Shown: one piece after another, positions 1 to 7,596 of the stretch
How positions within the stretch are numbered: position 1 is the stretch's first letter
Layout of the letters: every line of letters starts with the position of its first letter
IMG/VR virus record: IMGVR_UViG_2657245081_000003
Direction: 5' to 3' (one strand)
Length of the DNA: 18,978 bases
DNA from: a virus
Lineage: Duplodnaviria > Heunggongvirae > Uroviricota > Caudoviricetes
Made by a program: the position numbers and the translations under genes
The notes under the pieces: generated by a model
Told to the model about the DNA's origin: nothing
What the model saw: the letters and a program-made list of their open reading frames with translations, nothing else
The model's database searches: none

Positions 1-1
1 A

Positions 2-346
2 CCGGTAGGCGATCTGGTCGTTGATTTGAGTCTGGATGCGGCCAGATTTGACGAGCAGATGGCCAGAGTCAGGCGTCATTTTTCCGGTACGGAAAGTGAT
101 GCGAAAAAAACAGCGGCAGTCGTTGAACAGTCGCTGAGCCGACAGGCGCTGGCTGCACAGAAAGCGGGGATTTCCGTCGGGCAGTATAAAGCCGCCATGC
201 GTATGCTGCCTGCACAGTTCACCGACGTGGCCACGCAGCTTGCAGGCGGGCAAAGTCCGTGGCTGATCCTGCTGCAACAGGGGGGGCAGGTGAAGGACTC
301 CTTCGGCGGGATGATCCCCATGTTCAGGGGGCTTGCCGGTGCGATC
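2..346 (+). CDS. H: Tail tape-measure protein H, N-terminal fragment (5' end outside window, 3' end cut by N gap)
   Basis: Translation PVGDLVVDLSLDAARFDEQMARVRRHFSGTESDAKKTAAVVEQSLSRQALAAQKAGISVGQYKAAMRMLPAQFTDVATQLAGGQSPWLILLQQGGQVKDSFGGMIPMFRGLAGAI is recognised from memory as the N-terminus of lambda gpH; the frame is open from position 2 and runs into the Ns. Confidence 0.85.
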
Positions 347-356
347 NNNNNNNNNN
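347..356. other. Assembly gap (10 N)
   Basis: Run of 10 n characters; the sequence context changes abruptly across it (H on + to the left, Rz on - to the right). Confidence 0.99.
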
Positions 357-803
357 AATGTATTCCTGAAGCGTTCTCAGTGCTGTTTGGTCGCGGATAA
401 TTCCGTCCCGGATATCGAGAACGTTTCGTCCAGCAACTGGAGAGAGTTCGACGGTGGCATCATTGCCCATGCCGGAGGCGCTGGAGGTTTCGGCAGAGGA
501 TGGCACAGGGCATTTTCCTTTGACGAGCACCCTGCCACCATTATCAAGCTTCCGCAGAAGAGCATCATTTTCAGCTTTCGCATCAGCTAACTCCTTCGTG
601 TATTTTGCATCGAGCGCAGCAACATCACGCTGACGCATCTGCATGTCAGTAATTGCCGCGTTCGCCAGCTTCAGTTCTCTGACATTTTTGTCGCGCTGGG
701 CTTTGTAGGTAATGGCGTTATCACGGTAATGATTAACAGCCCATGACAGGCAGACGATGATGCAGATAACCAGAGCGGAGATAATCGCGGTTACTCTGTT
801 CAT
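357..803 (-). CDS. Rz: Rz i-spanin (C-terminal end lost in gap)
   Basis: Translation [40 protein letters not shown]... has an N-terminal TM anchor and a coiled-coil-rich periplasmic part, matching lambda Rz at the N-terminus and diverging after AENDAL. Its ATG (803-801) overlaps the endolysin TGA (802-800) in an ATGA arrangement. The ORF runs into the Ns at about the expected Rz length (~153 codons). Confidence 0.8.
377..583 (-). CDS. Rz1: Rz1 o-spanin lipoprotein, embedded in the +1 frame of Rz
   Basis: Translation [21 protein letters not shown]...[16 protein letters not shown] has a signal peptide with lipobox VAGC and a proline-rich mature part, nested inside Rz as in lambda and phage 21. 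Confidence 0.75.
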   Translation of the reverse strand: MRKLKMMLFCGSLIMVAGCSSKENALCHPLPKPPAPPAWAMMPPSNSLQLLDETFSISGTELSATKQH

Positions 804-1297
804 TGCTGACCCCACAAACAGATTTCACGCTCAATCTCACGACGAGTCATGAGACCTTTCCATTGCTTACCGCCAGCATATGTCCAGCGACGTAGCTGAT
901 CACATGCGTCTTTGATATCGCCCTTGTTTATTTTGCGAAGAAGCGTCGATGTTCTGAAATTGCCAGCACCCACGTTGTAAACGAATGAGTAAAGAGCGCC
1001 GCGCATTGTTTCCGGTATATCGACTTTGATGTACGGGTTAATTTGTCTGGCGACCGTGGCAAGGTCTTTATTCAGGAGGGCTTTGCATTCTGCTTTGGTA
1101 TACGTTTTACCGAGCATGATGTCTTTTCCTGTATGCCCGTGACATACAGTCCATACACCAACAATATCTTTGTATGGTATGTAGCTGACACCTTCCAGAC
1201 CATCGTTACCACTTGGGCCAGTAATTAACACTGATGCTATAGCAATTGCTCCGCCACCAATAGCAGCAGCAACGGCTTTTCGTAATGATGGAGGCAT
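800..1297 (-). CDS. R: SAR endolysin (phage-21 R-type lysozyme, GH24 muramidase with N-terminal signal-anchor-release domain)
   Basis: Translation [44 protein letters not shown]...[18 protein letters not shown] matches phage 21 R / DLP12 RrrD from memory. The glycine/alanine-rich weakly hydrophobic N-terminus is a typical SAR domain. Its ATG overlaps the holin stop (TAATG). Confidence 0.9.
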   Translation of the reverse strand: MPPSLRKAVAAAIGGGAIAIASVLITGPSGNDGLEGVSYIPYKDIVGVWTVCHGHTGKDIMLGKTYTKAECKALLNKDLATVARQINPYIKVDIPETMRGALYSFVYNVGAGNFRTSTLLRKINKGDIKDACDQLRRWTYAGGKQWKGLMTRREIEREICLWGQQ

Positions 1298-1512
1298 TAT
1301 TCACCTCTCGCAGCCTTGCGCTTATCTTCTTTAATCTTGAAATAAAGGTTTGTCAGGTACGTCAGCAGGCCAAATACCAGGCTACCCAGCACACCTATTG
1401 CTGCCCACTGTGAGGGCGTGACTTTATCGAGCAGCTGTAAAAACCAGTAACCGGCACTACCTGCTGAGGTGCCATAGGCGACACCCGTTGTTAACTTATC
1501 CATGGATTTCAT
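1297..1512 (-). CDS. S: Pinholin (S21-type class II holin) with dual-start motif
   Basis: Translation [71 protein letters not shown] has two TM segments and a charged C-terminus. The two in-frame starts Met1-Lys-Ser-Met4 are the S21-71/S21-68 antiholin/holin arrangement. SD GAGGTGG lies immediately upstream. The longer track ORF begins at a TTG. Confidence 0.85.
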
Positions 1513-2099
1513 AACCCCACCTCGCAGACAAAGCGGGTGTAAATTGAGGGAATACAACGTATCGCAAAAAAGCAGAAACGTAACAGACTCGGAGTCAGTG
1601 AATAACTCAGGTATTGGGTTATCAGCTAATATCGAGACTCAAAAAATGGAAAAATCCGCTCGACGGCGGGTTTAAGCTGTGTGACGAAGTAACCACTCTT
1701 AACAGCATAACCAATTTTTTACGTACGTAAACCACTAAATGATATTTGCGAGAATGCTACCGAGTATTGAAAACACCACTACAAATACATAAGCAAATCT
1801 CAACAAATAACCAACAAATAATTTCCAGCGTTATTTTTAGCTGGTTTAAATTGAATCTTCAAATTATAGAGCACTTATAAATAACAGCCATTAATATAAA
1901 TTGGCTAATAGATTTATTTTTATTCAGCCAAGAGCCATGAATAGGATTCGATAGAAAAAGTTCAGATAAAAATAGAGATCTACTTCACAAATCAAATGAG
2001 AAACCAAAACTTACATCTTGAAATAATCACATTGATTAGATGAATATTTATCGCGCAGTGACATCATTTTTTAATAATAGTTCAAAAAAAGGGCTCACG

Positions 2100-3182
2100 A
2101 TGAAAAAATTAACAGTGGCAATTTCTGCTGTAGCTGCATCAGTACTGATGGCGATGTCTGCTCAGGCAGCTGAAATTTATAATAAAGACAGTAACAAGCT
2201 GGATCTGTACGGGAAAGTTAATGCTAAGCACTACTTCTCCTCTAATGATGCAGATGATGGTGATACTACTTATGCCCGTCTTGGCTTCAAAGGTGAAACC
2301 CAAATCAACGATCAACTGACTGGTTTCGGTCAGTGGGAATATGAATTCAAAGGCAACCGCGCTGAATCTCAAGGTTCCTCCAAAGATAAAACCCGTCTTG
2401 CCTTCGCTGGCCTGAAATTCGGTGACTACGGCTCCATCGATTATGGCCGTAACTACGGTGTAGCATACGATATTGGTGCATGGACCGACGTTCTGCCAGA
2501 ATTCGGTGGCGATACCTGGACCCAAACAGATGTATTCATGACTGGTCGCACCACAGGTGTTGCAACTTATCGTAACAATGACTTCTTTGGTCTGGTTGAT
2601 GGTCTGAACTTTGCTGCTCAGTATCAGGGTAAAAATGACCGCACTGACGTAACTGAAGCTAATGGTGATGGTTTCGGTTTCTCCACTACTTATGAGTATG
2701 AAGGATTCGGTGTAGGTGCAACCTATGCTAAATCTGACCGCACTAATAATCAGGTTATCTACGGTAACAACAGCCTGAATGCATCTGGTCAAAATGCTGA
2801 AGTATGGGCAGCTGGTCTGAAATATGATGCGAACAACATCTATCTGGCTACCACCTATTCTGAAACCCAGAACATGACTGTTTTTGGTAATAACCATATT
2901 GCCAACAAAGCACAAAACTTCGAAGTAGTTGCACAATATCAGTTCGACTTCGGTCTGCGTCCGTCCGTTGCTTACCTGCAATCTAAAGGAAAAGACTTGG
3001 GTGCGTGGGGTGATCAGGACTTGGTTGAATATATTGATGTAGGTGCAACCTATTACTTCAACAAAAATATGTCCACTTTTGTTGATTACAAAATCAACCT
3101 GATTGATAAGAGCGATTTCACGAAAGCATCTGGCGTTGCTACCGATGATATCGTTGCTGTAGGTATGGTTTACCAGTTCTAA
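2100..3182 (+). CDS. nmpC: Outer-membrane general porin, phage-encoded Lc/NmpC type (OmpC/OmpF/PhoE family)
   Basis: Translation [47 protein letters not shown]... ...VGMVYQF has a signal peptide ending AQA, a porin-family body and a C-terminal aromatic residue (F) typical of beta-barrel OMPs. It sits between Q and S on the opposite strand, as nmpC does in DLP12. Start chosen at ATG 2100 (AGGG SD) rather than the track's 2040. Confidence 0.9.
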   Translation: MKKLTVAISAVAASVLMAMSAQAAEIYNKDSNKLDLYGKVNAKHYFSSNDADDGDTTYARLGFKGETQINDQLTGFGQWEYEFKGNRAESQGSSKDKTRLAFAGLKFGDYGSIDYGRNYGVAYDIGAWTDVLPEFGGDTWTQTDVFMTGRTTGVATYRNNDFFGLVDGLNFAAQYQGKNDRTDVTEANGDGFGFSTTYEYEGFGVGATYAKSDRTNNQVIYGNNSLNASGQNAEVWAAGLKYDANNIYLATTYSETQNMTVFGNNHIANKAQNFEVVAQYQFDFGLRPSVAYLQSKGKDLGAWGDQDLVEYIDVGATYYFNKNMSTFVDYKINLIDKSDFTKASGVATDDIVAVGMVYQF

Positions 3183-3197
3183 TTTGATTACTAAAAG

Positions 3198-3231
3198 ATA
3201 TGTTGCGGGAGGCTTTGCCTCCCCAACATAT
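3198..3231. terminator. Long imperfect hairpin (15-bp stem, one bulge, 3-nt loop) downstream of porin gene; on the - strand it is followed by CUUUU and is a candidate tR'-like terminator of a short Q-side transcript
   Basis: ATATGTTGCGGGAGGC-TTT-GCCTCCCCAACATAT read directly; the reverse complement of the right arm equals the left arm minus one C. Confidence 0.45.
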
Positions 3232-3318
3232 AAGTGGCTCCCTCAAGCCACTTCCTTTAGGAGCACAACCTTGCTTCTAACTATATAAACCTTCTGTTAT
3301 ATATTACCCTTTATTTTT

Positions 3319-3343
3319 GGGGGCGTCTCAACGCCCCATTTTT
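3319..3343 (+). terminator. Rho-independent terminator (GGGGCG-tctcaa-CGCCCC followed by ATTTTT) for + strand transcription (porin gene)
   Basis: Perfect 6-bp GC-rich stem plus T-tract read directly; lies between the convergent porin and Q genes. Confidence 0.55.
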
Positions 3344-3370
3344 AATAACTTTTAGTAAATAATTGGCGTA

Positions 3371-3754
3371 TTAATTAGAGTTATTAACAACGATATCCAT
3401 CTCTAACCGGATATCTAATGCCATTAACATCCCTTCAATTATGCCCTCAGCCTTCTGTAACCTTTTCCCGATATAACCATCAGAGCAGCAATGCTTACCT
3501 GCCAGTGACATGAATGTCATACCGACTACATAATAATCTACTAATAAATCGTGCAAATCGCTGTTGTTCTTTTTCAGACGGGCCATGCACCCGCAAATGA
3601 TCATCGCGTCATCGTCACAACATTGCGGGCGAGATTTTACTTTTGAAGTAATTAATCCCTTAAAACCGGCGGCAATGGACGACCAGGTCACATCTTCATG
3701 ATTATTAGCCGCCCACGCTCCCCAACGCTCAAGAACCATCTGAATATCACGCAT
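3371..3754 (-). CDS. Q: Late-gene antiterminator Q (phage 21/82 - DLP12 QuuD type)
   Basis: Translation [64 protein letters not shown]... matches DLP12 QuuD from memory, with cysteine-rich zinc-binding motifs. The ATG at 3754 is preferred over the upstream TTG at 3769. Confidence 0.85.
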   Translation of the reverse strand: MRDIQMVLERWGAWAANNHEDVTWSSIAAGFKGLITSKVKSRPQCCDDDAMIICGCMARLKKNNSDLHDLLVDYYVVGMTFMSLAGKHCCSDGYIGKRLQKAEGIIEGMLMALDIRLEMDIVVNNSN

Positions 3755-3839
3755 CAACTTACTCCACAAAAATCAGACCAGAACGCCAATTACAAGCAAA
3801 AATCAACAAAACAGTATTAGTTGATTGTTATCTCTGACT

Positions 3840-3962
3840 TCATACTCCTGCTCCTGTCAGGGTTTTGGCGTAATTCTTCAGTATTCGGTAATCGGTCAAA
3901 ACAGAACCGGGGAAACGATATAAGCGCAGACGCCCCCAGCGGTGGCGAAGACGTTCTGCCAT
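3840..3962 (-). CDS. Small basic protein, YlcG-like (40 aa), between rusA and Q
   Basis: Hand translation MAERLRHRWGRLRLYRFPGSVLTDYRILKNYAKTLTGAGV. The position corresponds to ylcG of DLP12. No clear SD; below the track's length cutoff. Confidence 0.35.
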   Translation of the reverse strand: MAERLRHRWGRLRLYRFPGSVLTDYRILKNYAKTLTGAGV

Positions 3963-3976
3963 ATAAAACTCAAACA

Positions 3977-4339
3977 TCATTCATTCCCCATTTCGGTGAT
4001 GGTCAGTTCCAGCCTCCCACCTTTGGTAACAGGCATCTTCACAACGCGGTAATCAACGACCTGAGCATCATCCAGCCAGAAACCTGCTTTAGTGAGTGCG
4101 TCAAAAGCGGCTTTTTGCAGATTATCCAGGTCACGGCGACGGCGATCCGGCATGTGGCACTCAATGCGGATTTTCACAGGCATAGCCAGGCCGATATCCA
4201 GCATTGCGTTTTTAATGATTCGGGCGACGTTATCGCGGTATGCCTGCCCCTCTGCGCTGACGTGCGTGCGCCCGCGATTATGGCGGTAATAGCGATTATT
4301 GCTCGGAGGCCAGGGTAATGTGATGCTGTAGGTATTCAC
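3977..4339 (-). CDS. rusA: Holliday-junction resolvase RusA
   Basis: Translation [120 protein letters not shown] matches DLP12 RusA from memory. GTG start. Confidence 0.9.
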   Translation of the reverse strand: MNTYSITLPWPPSNNRYYRHNRGRTHVSAEGQAYRDNVARIIKNAMLDIGLAMPVKIRIECHMPDRRRRDLDNLQKAAFDALTKAGFWLDDAQVVDYRVVKMPVTKGGRLELTITEMGNE

Positions 4340-4626
4340 GCCTTAATAACCCCCTCTTTCAGCCAGATAACCTGTGTTCTCGCCATACCTTCCAGCGCGC
4401 ATTCTTTTGCATATGCAGCATCGACAAAATGTGTGCGGCGGTCGATTTCGTCGTGGCAGGCAGAACATGCAATGGTGGCAATCAGGTCTGGCGGTTTGGT
4501 ACCGGTGCCGCACAATCCAGTCAGCCGGATATGTGCCAGTACAGACGTTTCAGGGTTGCCATTACATACGCCAGGGATTCTTACCTGGCATTCCCGACTA
4601 CGCGCTGCTTTTCTCAAATCAGCCAT
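4336..4626 (-). CDS. ybcO: YbcO-family protein (DUF1364, putative nuclease; cysteine-cluster)
   Basis: Translation [64 protein letters not shown]... matches DLP12 YbcO from memory. The ATG at 4626 overlaps the ninE stop. Confidence 0.8.
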   Translation of the reverse strand: MADLRKAARSRECQVRIPGVCNGNPETSVLAHIRLTGLCGTGTKPPDLIATIACSACHDEIDRRTHFVDAAYAKECALEGMARTQVIWLKEGVIKA

Positions 4627-4789
4627 GATTCCTCCTTGCTGCCAGTCGCAACCATTTTTTATCAACCAGGCTGGCGGTATATCCGAGCAGTGTTGGTATT
4701 TCGGAAGGCTTCAGCTCCGGTTTACGCTTACGACGATCTGGTACTCTGTAGATGTGTCCGTTCATGACACGAATAAGCGGTGTAGCCAT
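4619..4789 (-). CDS. ninE: NinE-family small protein (56 aa)
   Basis: Hand translation [56 protein letters not shown]. Its start overlaps the ybcN stop (TAATG) and its stop overlaps the ybcO start. Not in the ORF track because it is under 60 aa. Confidence 0.75.
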   Translation of the reverse strand: MATPLIRVMNGHIYRVPDRRKRKPELKPSEIPTLLGYTASLVDKKWLRLAARRNHG

Positions 4790-5244
4790 TACGCCTCCTG
4801 CTTGTCGCGGAGCAGCTGGAACTCGCAGCTCTGCGGAATAGTCAGGTGGCAGCCAATATTCACCGCCCAGGCTTCAACCTTACACAGGAAGACATACATC
4901 TCTCCGGTATCAAGATCGGAGGTATGGCGTAACGACTGGATAGTGGTGATATCACCGGTTACGACATCAACCAGGTCTTTGGTTTCATAACCGAGATATG
5001 TGTGTTTGAGAGCATCTTTTACCCAAGCTGGAGTGGCGAACGTTTTACCCTTGCTGATGAGGTATTCACTGATTTCGCTGTACCACATGTGGCTGAGTGC
5101 ATTCTGGGAAAGACTGCGTCTCTCGCGCCACGGTTTAAGCACCATGCGAAAGCATTTGCCGTCCTCCAGATAAGGCTGGATCTGCCGACCGATAGCGGTG
5201 AAGTTACCGCGATGCAATTTGATACCATCTTGTGGGAGGTTCAC
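4789..5244 (-). CDS. ybcN: NinB/YbcN-family protein (recombination-associated, DNA-binding)
   Basis: Translation [62 protein letters not shown]... matches DLP12 YbcN from memory; the RSLSQN..LW motif is shared with lambda NinB. Confidence 0.8.
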   Translation of the reverse strand: MNLPQDGIKLHRGNFTAIGRQIQPYLEDGKCFRMVLKPWRERRSLSQNALSHMWYSEISEYLISKGKTFATPAWVKDALKHTYLGYETKDLVDVVTGDITTIQSLRHTSDLDTGEMYVFLCKVEAWAVNIGCHLTIPQSCEFQLLRDKQEA

Positions 5245-5409
5245 GCTTCACCTCCGCAGAGGTCAAACGTTGGATGCAAGATATCGCAGGTGCATTTCTG
5301 CATCTGTGACTGGTTGAAAGGTGTTCTGATTGTCGTTTGCACTTTGAGTCCCCTCAAAGCGCAGAAGTCACCGGAGTTGTTCAGGCTCCGATGACATGAT
5401 TATGGCGAG

Positions 5410-5427
5410 TTGATTATGATGAATCAA
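5410..5427. promoter_or_regulatory. Perfect 18-bp palindrome TTGATT-atgatg-AATCAA about 95 bp upstream of the 472-aa gene; candidate operator/promoter element (TTGATT could double as a -35)
   Basis: Read directly; the 6-bp arms are exact reverse complements. No binding protein is known. Confidence 0.3.
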
Positions 5428-5519
5428 TAGGTTCTTATGTCAAATGAACACTAGATCCAAAGGAGGGTAACAATTATCATAGCCAATGAGATTAATCTCA
5501 TTTTTAATAAGGAAATTTC

Positions 5520-6938
5520 ATGAAATATTTCTCAACTGGTTTTTATGTTTCAAACTCCACATCTCTAGCTGAGATCTTTAATGAATGTTTTTCTTGGGTA
5601 AACGACTCACCACATACAACTTTTATTCCAGCACAATTAGTATGTGATTATAAAAGCGAGGAGTACTTCATAGAGTCTAAAAATGAAAGAATTGATATAA
5701 TAACTTATAAAAACAAAGATACTAGTTTAGGCTGTTTTAGGTATTCGAAAATATCTGAGCCACACAAATGGGTAACAGATATTTCAATTAATAAAAATCT
5801 CAAAACTGATACCATGTGGATTCAGGTGGAATCTAGCGTTGTAAGCCAAGATGCAGCTTATCTAGCCCCGCAACCTAAGAAACCATTAGTTGTTATGAGA
5901 TTGATTGATAAATTTTCTGGTGGTCTTGATGATATTTTCAAGGTGTCAGTCGAACCTCATTCCTTAGATGATACTGATGAACATTTAAATATAGCAGCTA
6001 AAGTTATAAATGGTGAAACTGACAACAGACTACCAATAATATACGTTAGCTCCAAGTATTTTTTTAATGAACATGCTCACAATATCATCCCAGAACGCCT
6101 TGCAAGAAAGGTATGCGGATTAGCACATGTATTAATTGAGCCTAGCAATAGACTATTTTCTATTAAGCTAAAAAATGAGACAAATGCTAAAAATGCCTAT
6201 GCTGGTGCTGTTGGTATCTATTGGCCACGGGGTCAAAATATCAGTTTTTATCGCCGTGGTGAGAAAACCGCAAAAGAATTTGAAGATGAGTTATTTGATG
6301 ATGTTGTAAGAGCTACGACTACAATGGCTCCTGTCTCAGATAGTGGATGGAGTGAGATACAAACCAGAAAAACGAAAGACTCTATTAACTCACTCAAAGA
6401 AAGAGGAGAATACACACGCGAACTGATGGCGCTTTACGAAGCCGATAATGTTGCGAAAGATGACCAAATAGAAGATCTTAAGCATAAGATCTCCTCTTTA
6501 GAGCACAGAGTACGCACTCTTCAATCACAAGCTTCAGCCCAAGGAAGCATTGTGCTTAATGCTGGTGAAGAGACTGATTTTTTTGATGGAGAAATCAAAA
6601 ATATAATTATTGACGCACTAAAAACTGCCATAAAAAATAAAAATGAATTTGGTAGAAGCTACCATATCTTATCATCCCTAATTGCCAATAATGAATACAA
6701 TAAAGAAACCGAGAGTCGCCGCCAATTACTTAAAAGGACTTTAACAGGTTACAGAAGCATGGATAGCGCAACACAAAGAAATTTAAAGGACTTAGGTTTC
6801 AGTGCGTCAAGCGATGGAAAACACTGGAAGTTAACATATAATGAAGACCCTCGATATTCCTATATTTTACCTAAAACAGGAAGTGACCACAGAGGTTCTT
6901 TAAATGCTATCTCGGATATAGCAAACATTATTTTCTAA
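5520..6938 (+). CDS. Hypothetical protein, 472 aa, no recognisable family; AT-rich accessory gene (moron), candidate phage-defence or exclusion function
   Basis: Long uninterrupted ORF with SD AAGGA 7 nt upstream of the ATG and strongly AT-biased codons unlike the neighbours. It is on the strand opposite to the surrounding operon and is followed by a perfect hairpin. A predicted coiled-coil segment is present (ELMALYEADNVAKDDQIEDLKHKISSLEHRVRTLQSQ). No Walker A or other motif recognised by eye. Confidence 0.75.
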   Translation: MKYFSTGFYVSNSTSLAEIFNECFSWVNDSPHTTFIPAQLVCDYKSEEYFIESKNERIDIITYKNKDTSLGCFRYSKISEPHKWVTDISINKNLKTDTMWIQVESSVVSQDAAYLAPQPKKPLVVMRLIDKFSGGLDDIFKVSVEPHSLDDTDEHLNIAAKVINGETDNRLPIIYVSSKYFFNEHAHNIIPERLARKVCGLAHVLIEPSNRLFSIKLKNETNAKNAYAGAVGIYWPRGQNISFYRRGEKTAKEFEDELFDDVVRATTTMAPVSDSGWSEIQTRKTKDSINSLKERGEYTRELMALYEADNVAKDDQIEDLKHKISSLEHRVRTLQSQASAQGSIVLNAGEETDFFDGEIKNIIIDALKTAIKNKNEFGRSYHILSSLIANNEYNKETESRRQLLKRTLTGYRSMDSATQRNLKDLGFSASSDGKHWKLTYNEDPRYSYILPKTGSDHRGSLNAISDIANIIF

Positions 6939-6946
6939 TAAATTTC

Positions 6947-6972
6947 AATAGCACTCACAAATGAGTGCTATT
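6947..6972. terminator. Perfect hairpin (11-bp stem AATAGCACTCA / TGAGTGCTATT, 4-nt loop) between convergent ORFs; likely bidirectional terminator
   Basis: Read directly; lies 9 nt after the stop of the 472-aa gene and 18 nt after the stop of the opposing small ORF. Confidence 0.6.
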
Positions 6973-6989
6973 GTTGCCACTGAATTACT

Positions 6990-7244
6990 CTATTTAAATT
7001 CAACTTTTATCCCTTTGTTTAGCAGGGCATCAGAAACTGCCTTTTTTGTAACATTTATCCCTGCAAGCAATGCTTTATGCATTGGTCCCTTAAAAATTTC
7101 TACTTCTTCTTCAGTGAGTTTAGGCAATGTAATATAAATAACATCTTTCATCTGCTTGTTTTTATAGCATGAGCTTCTTGTGTGCTTACAATCGATATTT
7201 TCTTTATTTCCCAAAACATCATCCCCTTTATAATTCAGTTCCAC
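6990..7244 (-). CDS. Hypothetical small lysine-rich protein (84 aa from GTG; 53 aa if started at the internal ATG at 7151)
   Basis: AT-rich ORF convergent with the 472-aa gene. No convincing SD at either start; C-terminal half MKDVIYITLPKLTEEEVEIFKGPMHKALLAGINVTKKAVSDALLNKGIKVEFK looks protein-like. May not be a real gene. Confidence 0.3.
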   Translation of the reverse strand: MELNYKGDDVLGNKENIDCKHTRSSCYKNKQMKDVIYITLPKLTEEEVEIFKGPMHKALLAGINVTKKAVSDALLNKGIKVEFK

Positions 7245-7308
7245 ACATCAATTATTTAGTTATCACGAATGTCGTAAAACTAAAATTAGTAACAATAATT
7301 GCTCATAC

Positions 7309-7596
7309 CTACTCTCTTCCATATAAAGCCAACACCCGCTTCATCGCGGCACTTTGACGACACTCCTTAAAAATCAGATTCGTGCTCACCTTTCCTTCCC
7401 GTTCTTCTCTGGTAGCGAACCGGTAATACACCGTTCGCCAGACCTTACCATCAACGACCAGGATTCCTGACCGCGCCATTTTAGCCGCAGCCTGATTTAT
7501 GCTGGTTACGGTTGCGCCTGTTACCGCGGCAACGTCCTGCGCACAGAAGTTCTTATGAGTCCCCAGGTAATGAATAATTGCCTCTTTGCCCGTCAT
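7309..7596 (-). CDS. ren: Ren protein (lambda ren-like; Rex exclusion resistance)
   Basis: Translation MTGKEAIIHYLGTHKNFCAQDVAAVTGATVTSINQAAAKMARSGILVVDGKVWRTVYYRFATREEREGK... matches lambda Ren from memory. Overlaps the P stop as in lambda. Confidence 0.85.
   Translation of the reverse strand: MTGKEAIIHYLGTHKNFCAQDVAAVTGATVTSINQAAAKMARSGILVVDGKVWRTVYYRFATREEREGKVSTNLIFKECRQSAAMKRVLALYGRE

Noticed and set aside
76-590. Track ORFs 76..321 (-) and 333..590 (+)
   Set aside because: 76..321 is antisense to the well-supported H reading frame; 333..590 spans the N gap and is antisense to Rz/Rz1. Both have low-complexity translations and no start signals.
324-815. Full-length track ORF for Rz running through the Ns with an upstream GTG start (MGSAM...)
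   Set aside because: The XXXX in the translation is the assembly gap, so the ORF end at 324 is meaningless. The ATG at 803 gives the lambda-like N-terminus MNRVTAII and the classic ATGA overlap with R.
1043-1228. 61-aa + strand ORF inside the endolysin gene
   Set aside because: Antisense to a confidently identified endolysin; no SD; short.
1558-2099. tRNA genes or stx-like toxin cargo between Q and S
   Set aside because: No tRNA-like T-arm (GGTTCGANTCC) or acceptor-stem pairing recognised by eye in the Q-S intergenic regions, and no toxin-like ORF; the only cargo is the porin gene. A tRNA scan was not run, so this is not conclusive.
2139-2981. 280-aa - strand ORF antisense to the porin gene
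   Set aside because: Completely contained in the porin coding region on the opposite strand; the translation is low-complexity (I/V/T/S-rich) and typical of an antisense frame. The porin frame has a signal peptide and family-typical sequence.
3821-4990. Several + strand ORFs (3821..4318, 4092..4289, 4374..4628, 4429..4767, 4433..4990)
   Set aside because: All are antisense to or overlapping the rusA/ybcO/ninE/ybcN genes, which are recognisable and translationally coupled; the + strand translations are Arg/Cys/Ser-rich antisense artefacts.
5002-5394. ORFs 5002..5394 (+) and 5019..5228 (-) over ybcN
   Set aside because: Alternative frames of the ybcN region; no independent support.
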